From NCBI GenBank assembly GCA_041484665.1, contig JBGPIA010000018.1:32545-96544 (forward strand): a stretch of 64,000 bases of DNA. Direction: 5' to 3'. Origin of the DNA: Candidatus Krumholzibacteriia bacterium (GTDB lineage Bacteria; Krumholzibacteriota; Krumholzibacteriia; JAJRXK01). Shown here one piece after another: positions 57,867 to 64,000 of this stretch. A program made the translations under genes and the position numbers. The notes under the pieces were generated by a model that had not been told where the DNA came from, did not search any database, and saw only the letters and a program-made list of their open reading frames with translations. Each line of letters begins with the position of its first letter. The first letter of the stretch is position 1.

Positions 57867-59591
57867 ATGAACAAAGCACGACTTTACCGAGGCCTCGGCC
57901 GCACCGCCCACGGCGGCGCCGCAGCGGCGCGCGCGCGGCGCGGCGCAGCGCCGTCGGCTCTGGCGGTGTCCGCTTGGGCGATCTTCGCTCTCGCGTTGTC
58001 TGCGCTGCCCGGGTGCTACGGTCGCCACGACAACCCCCCGCCCGAGGCGCGGGAGATCCCGCGCAACGGCGGCTCGTTCCGGATGGCCCAGAGCTCCCCC
58101 GGGCACCTCGACCCGGCGTGCCTCGACGACGTGTACGAGGCGACTCTGGTCAACCAACTGTTCGACGGCCTGCTCAGCTTCGACGCCAATCTGAACGTGG
58201 TTCCCTGCCTCGCCGAGAGCTGGCAGATCTCTCGCGACGGCACGGTGTACACCTTCCACCTCAAGCACGGTGTCCTCTTCCACGACGGCAGCGAGGTGAC
58301 GGCCGACGACTTCGTCTATTCGTTCACGCGCGTCTTCGATCTCGATCCCCAGCTGACCAACTTGGCGCGCGAGTACCTCCGCCACATCCAGGGCACCGAG
58401 GAGTATGCCGCCAAGAAGGTGCCCCGCATCACAGGACTGGAGCCGATCTCGCCTTACGAGCTGCGCATCACCCTTGAGCGACCGTACGCATCGTTCCTGG
58501 CGGTCCTGGCCATGGAGATGTCGCGCGTCGTGCCCAAAGGCTACATCGAGCGGGTCGGCAGCGAGACGTTCTCGCGATCGCCCATCGGCTGCGGCCCGTT
58601 CCGGCTGGCCACCTGGGAGCCCGGCTCGCGCATCGTGCTCACGGCGTTCGAGAACTACCACCTGGGGCGGGCGCACCTGGACTCGCTGGTCTTCGAGCTG
58701 CCCAGCGACGATGCCCGCGACTACGCCGTCACGGGGTTCCTCAAGCACCGACTCGACGCGGCCGTGGTGCCCGAGGGACGGCTGCAGATGTTCCAGCGTC
58801 TCCCAACCGCCCGTGTGCTCACCCGTCAGGAGCTCAGCCTGACCTTCTTCGGCCTGAACCTGCAGCGCCCACCTTGCGACAACGTGCGCGTGCGCCGCGC
58901 GTTCGCCATGGCCATCGACCGGGCCCGGCTGGCGGTGGTCAGCGGGGAGAAGCTGGTGCTGCCGACGGGGATCATCCCGCCGGGGATGCCGGGGTACGCT
59001 CCGGAGCTGCGGCTGCTCCCCTACGATCCGGTCGGGGCGCGCAAGCTGCTGGCCGACGCCGGCTATGGCCCCGGCAAGCGCAAGCTCTCCACCATCGTGC
59101 ATACGACGTCCAACGAGTCGGAGACGGGCCGGCGCATCTACGACGAGATCGCCCGGCAGCTGGCCGAGGTCGGCATCGAGCTGCGAACCGAGTACATGGG
59201 CTGGCTGGAGTTCGACCGGCACCTGCGCGCCTTCGAGCTGCAGTGCTTCTCGCTCACGTGGGTCGCCGACATCCCCGACCCCGACTCGTTCCTGTTCCCC
59301 CTGTTCTACACCGGGGGCCCCGCCAATTTCGTCTACTACGACAATCCGGCGGTGAACGACCTGCTCAAGCAGGGTCGCCGCGTGCGCAGCACGCTGGAGC
59401 GGTGGGAGATCTACCGCGACGCGGAGCGGCGCATCCTGGAGGACGCGTCCGTGGTCCCGTTGTTCCATCCCCAGAGCGTGATCGCCGTCCAGGACGGCAT
59501 CCGCGACTTCAACATCACCCCGATGGGAGTGGGGAATCTGGCGATGGAGCACGTGTGGCTGCAGGCCCCCGCCCGGGAAAGGACCCGCTAG
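57867..59591 (+). CDS. Family-5 (OppA/DppA-like) substrate-binding lipoprotein
   Basis: Lipobox-like LPGC, LFDGLL, YTFHLKHGVLFHDG..VTADD, IGCGPF, VRRAFAMAIDR, WVADIPDPDSFL. Start uncertain. Confidence 0.9.
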   Translation: MNKARLYRGLGRTAHGGAAAARARRGAAPSALAVSAWAIFALALSALPGCYGRHDNPPPEAREIPRNGGSFRMAQSSPGHLDPACLDDVYEATLVNQLFDGLLSFDANLNVVPCLAESWQISRDGTVYTFHLKHGVLFHDGSEVTADDFVYSFTRVFDLDPQLTNLAREYLRHIQGTEEYAAKKVPRITGLEPISPYELRITLERPYASFLAVLAMEMSRVVPKGYIERVGSETFSRSPIGCGPFRLATWEPGSRIVLTAFENYHLGRAHLDSLVFELPSDDARDYAVTGFLKHRLDAAVVPEGRLQMFQRLPTARVLTRQELSLTFFGLNLQRPPCDNVRVRRAFAMAIDRARLAVVSGEKLVLPTGIIPPGMPGYAPELRLLPYDPVGARKLLADAGYGPGKRKLSTIVHTTSNESETGRRIYDEIARQLAEVGIELRTEYMGWLEFDRHLRAFELQCFSLTWVADIPDPDSFLFPLFYTGGPANFVYYDNPAVNDLLKQGRRVRSTLERWEIYRDAERRILEDASVVPLFHPQSVIAVQDGIRDFNITPMGVGNLAMEHVWLQAPARERTR

Positions 59592-59597
59592 GAACCC

Positions 59598-61814
59598 ATG
59601 TCATCGGCGACCCTGGACTGGCTGTATCGAGGACGGCGCGGGGCGCGCCTCCAGACGCGCTTCATGGTGTCGATCGGCGTCATCGTGGTCACGCTGATGA
59701 CCATGGTGATCCTGCTGGTGGAGAAGCGCCAGTCGACCACCATGCTGACCCAGACCGAGGGCCGCGGCGTCGCCGTGGCGCAGTCGATCGCGGCCGTGGT
59801 CAAGAACGCGCTGTACAGCTACGACTACGTTTGGCTGCAGCAGGCGGCCGAGACCGCCGTGAGCGACGAGGGCGTCCTCTACGTCGTGATCTACGACAAG
59901 GAGGGCGCGATCGCTGGCTACAGCGGCCGCCCCGAGCGCCAGGGGGAGTCGCCCTCCGACCCCGTGACCATGGACATCCTCAAGACCGCGCGGATCAGCG
60001 TGCGTCGCCAGAGCAGGCTGCCCGACGAGGGGATGCCCGGCCCGTACCTGGACGTGGCCGTGCCGGTGAACGTCGAGACCGTGAAGTGGGGCACGATCCG
60101 GGTCGGTCTCTCCCTGCAGTCGATGCGCTCCGAGCTGGCCGCGACGCGCCGGCTGCTCGGGCTGCTGGGCGTGGTGGCCGTGGGGATCGTGCTCCTGTCG
60201 GCCCGCTTCCTCTCGCGCATGATCACCCAGCCCCTGGAGGGGCTGGCGCGGGCCACGGCGGTGATCGCCAGCGGCGACCTCGACCACGCTGTCTCCGAGA
60301 ACCTGCCCGGCGAGCTGGGCGACCTGGCGCGCAGCTTCAACAAGATGACCAACGACCTCAAGCGCAGCCGCGACGCCATCAAGTACCAGAACCAACATCT
60401 GGAGAACATGGTGCAGGAGCGCACCGCCGCGCTGCGGGAGAAGGCTCGCGAGCTGGAGCGGGCCAACGCCGAGCTGAAGGAGCTCGACCGGCTCAAGAGC
60501 GATTTCTTGAGCAACGTGAGCCATGAGCTGCGTACCCCCCTGACCTCGATCCGCAGCTTCACCGAGATCATGCTCGATGCGGGCGTGGAGCTGGAGGACG
60601 TGCAGCGACGGGAGTTCCTGCAGATCGTTGCCGGACAGGCGGAGCGCCTCACGCGCTTGATCAGCGACCTGCTCGACCTGTCCAAGATCGAGGCCGGCGA
60701 GTTCCACTGCCAGCTGGAGCCGATGCACGTCGAGGACGTCATCGGGCCCTGCGTGGAGACCCTCAGGAAGCTGGCCGCCGACAAGGGCGTCATCTTGCGC
60801 GCGACCGTGGTCGACCGGCTGCCGCCGATCCTGGCCGACTCCGATCGCATCAGCCAGGTGCTCACCAACCTCATCGACAATGCCGTGAAATTCACGTCGT
60901 CGGGAGGCACCGTCGGGGTCTCGACCCTGCTCAGCGCGCACCGCCGCAGCGCTCCGGGGCTCTCGGGGGGCTTCGCCGGCATGGAGGCGGACACGCCCGA
61001 GTCGGGGGAGTACCTGGTGGTCGCCGTCCGCGACAGCGGCATGGGCATCCGCCCGGAGGACCAACAGCGCATTTTCGAGAAATTCGGCCAGGTGGGCAAC
61101 GTGCTCACAGAGAAGCCCCAGGGCACCGGGCTGGGGCTGACCATCTCCGGCACGATCATGGTGCAGCACGGGGGAGCGCTCTGGGTGGAGAGCACCCCGG
61201 GCAGTGGGTCGACGTTCGTCTTCTCGATTCCGGTGGCGAGTCGCGCGTACCAGCTTACCCCCGAGCGGGGGCATCCGAACGCGAACATGGCGGCGAGCGC
61301 AGGGGCGGGGGGGGCGGCTGGAGCGGGCGGGGCGGTCCGCGCGAACGGGGCGGCGCGCAGCGGCGGGGCGGCCCGCTCGGGCAGTACGGCCCACGCGGCC
61401 GGTGTGGCCGGCCCCGGGCACTCCGCGGACGATCTGGTCGACGTGCTGGAGAGAACCGCGGGCGGCAAGCGGATTCTCGTGGTCGATGACGAGCCGTCCA
61501 TCGTCGCGGCGATCACCGAGCTCTTGGAGCCCATGGGCTTCCGCACCGTCGGTTGCACGTCGGGCAGCCAGGCGGTGGGCAAGGCGCGGGAGCTGCACCC
61601 CGACGCCGTGATCCTGGACATCATGATGCCCGAGATCAACGGCTTCGACGTGTTGCGCCTGCTCAAGGGGGACGCAGAGACCGCGGGGATCCCAGTGATC
61701 GTCCTCTCCGTGCTCGAGGACTCCCAGAAGGCCTTCGAGCTTGGGGCGACCGAGTACATCTCCAAGCCGTTCGACAGCTCCGTGCTTCTGGAGAACGTGA
61801 GGGCGCTGGTATGA
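59598..61814 (+). CDS. Membrane hybrid sensor histidine kinase (HAMP, HisKA, HATPase, receiver)
   Basis: Two TM helices, HAMP, SHELRTPL, NLIDNAVKF, DSGMGI, GTGLGL, ILVVDDE...LDIMMP. Confidence 0.95.
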   Translation: MSSATLDWLYRGRRGARLQTRFMVSIGVIVVTLMTMVILLVEKRQSTTMLTQTEGRGVAVAQSIAAVVKNALYSYDYVWLQQAAETAVSDEGVLYVVIYDKEGAIAGYSGRPERQGESPSDPVTMDILKTARISVRRQSRLPDEGMPGPYLDVAVPVNVETVKWGTIRVGLSLQSMRSELAATRRLLGLLGVVAVGIVLLSARFLSRMITQPLEGLARATAVIASGDLDHAVSENLPGELGDLARSFNKMTNDLKRSRDAIKYQNQHLENMVQERTAALREKARELERANAELKELDRLKSDFLSNVSHELRTPLTSIRSFTEIMLDAGVELEDVQRREFLQIVAGQAERLTRLISDLLDLSKIEAGEFHCQLEPMHVEDVIGPCVETLRKLAADKGVILRATVVDRLPPILADSDRISQVLTNLIDNAVKFTSSGGTVGVSTLLSAHRRSAPGLSGGFAGMEADTPESGEYLVVAVRDSGMGIRPEDQQRIFEKFGQVGNVLTEKPQGTGLGLTISGTIMVQHGGALWVESTPGSGSTFVFSIPVASRAYQLTPERGHPNANMAASAGAGGAAGAGGAVRANGAARSGGAARSGSTAHAAGVAGPGHSADDLVDVLERTAGGKRILVVDDEPSIVAAITELLEPMGFRTVGCTSGSQAVGKARELHPDAVILDIMMPEINGFDVLRLLKGDAETAGIPVIVLSVLEDSQKAFELGATEYISKPFDSSVLLENVRALV

Positions 61815-62200
61815 GCCACGCCGAGCCCTACATCCTCGTTGCCGACGACGACGCGTTGGTCTTGAAGTCAATGCTGTTCATCCTGAGGGCAGCCGGTTAC
61901 CGCGTGGTCACCGTGGCCGACGGTGCTGCGGCCCTGGACCAGATCCACATGGAGAAGCCCAGACTCGCCCTGCTGGACGTCATGATGCCACGGCTCAACG
62001 GCCTGGACCTCTGCCGGACGATCAAGGCAGACGACGACCTCAAGGACATCAAGGTCTTCCTGGTCACCGCCCGGGCCATGGCCCAGGAGCGCGCGAGGGG
62101 CCTGCAGGCCGGAGCGGACGAGTACATCACCAAGCCTTTCTCCAATAAGGACCTGGTCGCCAAAGTTCAGGCGGCGTTTGCCGCTGTGCCCAACGCTTGA
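61811..62200 (+). CDS. Single-domain response regulator
   Basis: ILVADDD, LLDVMMP, YITKPF. ATGA overlap with the kinase stop. Confidence 0.93.
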   Translation: MSHAEPYILVADDDALVLKSMLFILRAAGYRVVTVADGAAALDQIHMEKPRLALLDVMMPRLNGLDLCRTIKADDDLKDIKVFLVTARAMAQERARGLQAGADEYITKPFSNKDLVAKVQAAFAAVPNA

Positions 62201-62579
62201 GCGGTCGCTCCGCGTGCCCCTATGGCCTAGAGCTCTTCAAAGCGTTGTATCATAACAAATTGTGAGTTTACTAAATGGTGAACTACTAAGTAGCGCTCCT
62301 CTAGTTAGAATATTTGTGGTTTCTGGTTTGACATAGCGCCATCGACTCACCGACCAGTTCCTGGGCGGATGGCACCTCTCCCTTGACTTTGTGCGGCTCG
62401 GGACAAATCCTTGCGCGGGAGGGCACCAGGCTGCTTTGACACTGGGTTCTGGGGATCCCGCATCGAGCTGCTGCAGGTTCACCAACCCTTCCAGCTGCGC
62501 CAGCACCCGAGCGTCCTTGCGCGCCAGCTGACCGGTTTTCCGACCCGCCGAAGACCCGGCTTGCCTCGGGAGTCCTGCC

Positions 62580-63599
62580 ATGCGCCGACCGGTCACGTTG
62601 ATCACGGGCGCCTCGGGTGAGATGGGCCACGGGCTCATCCAGCGCCTCAGCGAGCAGAACAACCACGCGATCGTGACCCTGGACGTCAAACCCATTGAGC
62701 CGCAGCTGGCTCGTTTCGTAACCCGGTCGGTGACCGGTTCGATCCTCGACCAGGGTCTGCTGGATCCCTTGCTGGCGGAGTACAAAGTCACACGGATCTA
62801 CCACCTGGCCGCGCTGCTCTCCACCCGCAGCGAGTTCACCCCGGTGACGGCGCACCAGGTCAACGTCGAGGGGACCCTCAAGCTGCTCGAGTTTGCCCAG
62901 AGCGAGGGGCGCAGTCATGGCGAGACGGTCGTATTCTTCTACCCGAGCTCCATCGCCTGTTACGGCCTCCCGGATCTCGGGACGAAGGTCGGCGCGGGGA
63001 AGGTGCGCGAAGACGCCTGGAACATCCCCATCACCATGTACGGGTGCAATAAGCTCAGCTGCGAGCTGCTGGGGCGGTACTATCAACAGCACTACCGGCA
63101 GCTCGACGCGGTCCCTCAGGCCGGTAAGGTGGACTTCCGGGTCATCCGCTTTCCGGGCTTGATCAGTGCGGTCACGGTCCCCTCGGGCGGCACCAGCGAT
63201 TACGCCCCCGAGATGCTCCACGCGGCGGCGCAGGGCCACCCATACGCCTGCTTCGTGCGGCCGGATACCCGGATCCCGTTCATGGCGATGCCGGACGCCG
63301 TCGACGCAGTCCTGCAGCTCGTGGAAGCGGAACGCTCGCGCCTGACGCAGACGGTGTACAACATCACCGCGTTCAATCCCTCGGCGGATGAGATCCGCGG
63401 GCTCGTGCTCAGGGCCTTCCCGAAAGCCGACATCACGTTTGCGCCGGACTTCAAGCGGCAGGCGATCGTGGATTCCTGGCCGGCGGACGTCGACGACTCG
63501 GCAGCGCGCCGGGACTGGGGTTTCTCGGCACAGCATGGCCTGCAGAGATGCTTCGAGGAGTACTTGATCCCCACGATCCGGGCCCGCTACCGCACTTGA
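62580..63599 (+). CDS. NAD-dependent epimerase-type SDR, likely L-threonine 3-dehydrogenase
   Basis: LITGASGEMG, YHLAALLS, PSSIA, MYGCNK, GGTSDYA, RQAIVDSWP...ARRDWG. Confidence 0.85.
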   Translation: MRRPVTLITGASGEMGHGLIQRLSEQNNHAIVTLDVKPIEPQLARFVTRSVTGSILDQGLLDPLLAEYKVTRIYHLAALLSTRSEFTPVTAHQVNVEGTLKLLEFAQSEGRSHGETVVFFYPSSIACYGLPDLGTKVGAGKVREDAWNIPITMYGCNKLSCELLGRYYQQHYRQLDAVPQAGKVDFRVIRFPGLISAVTVPSGGTSDYAPEMLHAAAQGHPYACFVRPDTRIPFMAMPDAVDAVLQLVEAERSRLTQTVYNITAFNPSADEIRGLVLRAFPKADITFAPDFKRQAIVDSWPADVDDSAARRDWGFSAQHGLQRCFEEYLIPTIRARYRT

Positions 63600-63729
63600 G
63601 CGCCGGGCGCGCGCGCCCAGCGAGCGCGCGTGGGTCGGATGGGCCCGGAGTAATCCCGCAGAAGTAGGGCTCGCGTCGGACCGCTGCGTGGCCGGTGAAC
63701 CCGTCAACAGCGGCCGCGCCGAGCGGGCG

Positions 63730-64000
63730 TCAGCGCGCGTCGTGCGCGGCAAGCGCCACCTCCTGCCGCTGCTCTCGCCCATCGCCTTGCAGGATCGTTT
63801 CCGGTCGTAGCTCTCGCCCATCGCCTTGCAGGATCGTGCCCGGCCGTTGCCGGCGCCCGTCGCCCACCAGCACATGGTCGCCGCGGTACACCCGCGCCGG
63901 CCGCCCCCGCGGGTCCAGACCCATCTCCCACACCAGCGCCGTGGCGTCGGGCAGGGCGCGACCGCGCACGCGCAGCGTTCCACCGTGCTCGCCCAGCCGG
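63730..64000 (-). CDS. 3' end of a hypothetical protein (partial)
   Basis: Frame is open from the window edge; tail contains TILQGDGRE twice. Confidence 0.4.
   Translation of the reverse strand, partial: RLGEHGGTLRVRGRALPDATALVWEMGLDPRGRPARVYRGDHVLVGDGRRQRPGTILQGDGRELRPETILQGDGREQRQEVALAAHDAR
63771..63837. repeat. 28-bp direct repeat x2, period 39
   Basis: GCTCTCGCCCATCGCCTTGCAGGATCGT at 63771-63798 and 63810-63837. Confidence 0.85.

Overview
GC-rich (about 70%) bacterial chromosomal window. Many secreted proteins end in a FlgD-Ig/T9SS-CTD-like domain (PNPFNP...YDVxGRxV...WDGxDxxGxxVxSGVY) and one ends in TWGxLKxxY, which suggests an FCB-group candidate phylum such as Eisenbacteria, Krumholzibacteria or Latescibacteria (inference). 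About 1-44 kb is an accessory, partly decaying region: six CTD-bearing secreted proteins, an intact IS1380, two truncated transposases, a TetR/ABC/HlyD efflux operon, glycoside hydrolases and many fused gene remnants. About 44-64 kb is core-like: an 11-subunit nuo operon without nuoEFG, ArsR-rlmH-ferredoxin, a binding protein/histidine kinase/receiver operon and an SDR dehydrogenase. Top leads: (1) a stand-alone contractile tail-sheath homologue with a signal peptide and a C-terminal sorting domain (24319-25750); (2) a candidate structured RNA holding a 15-codon ORF behind a 15-nt match to the 16S 3' end (about 37975-38275); (3) NuoL with an exact 26-aa helix duplication but only one nuoM; (4) a duplicated promoter with IS1380 inserted in its -10 box. 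All family calls come from motif recognition by eye; no searches were run.
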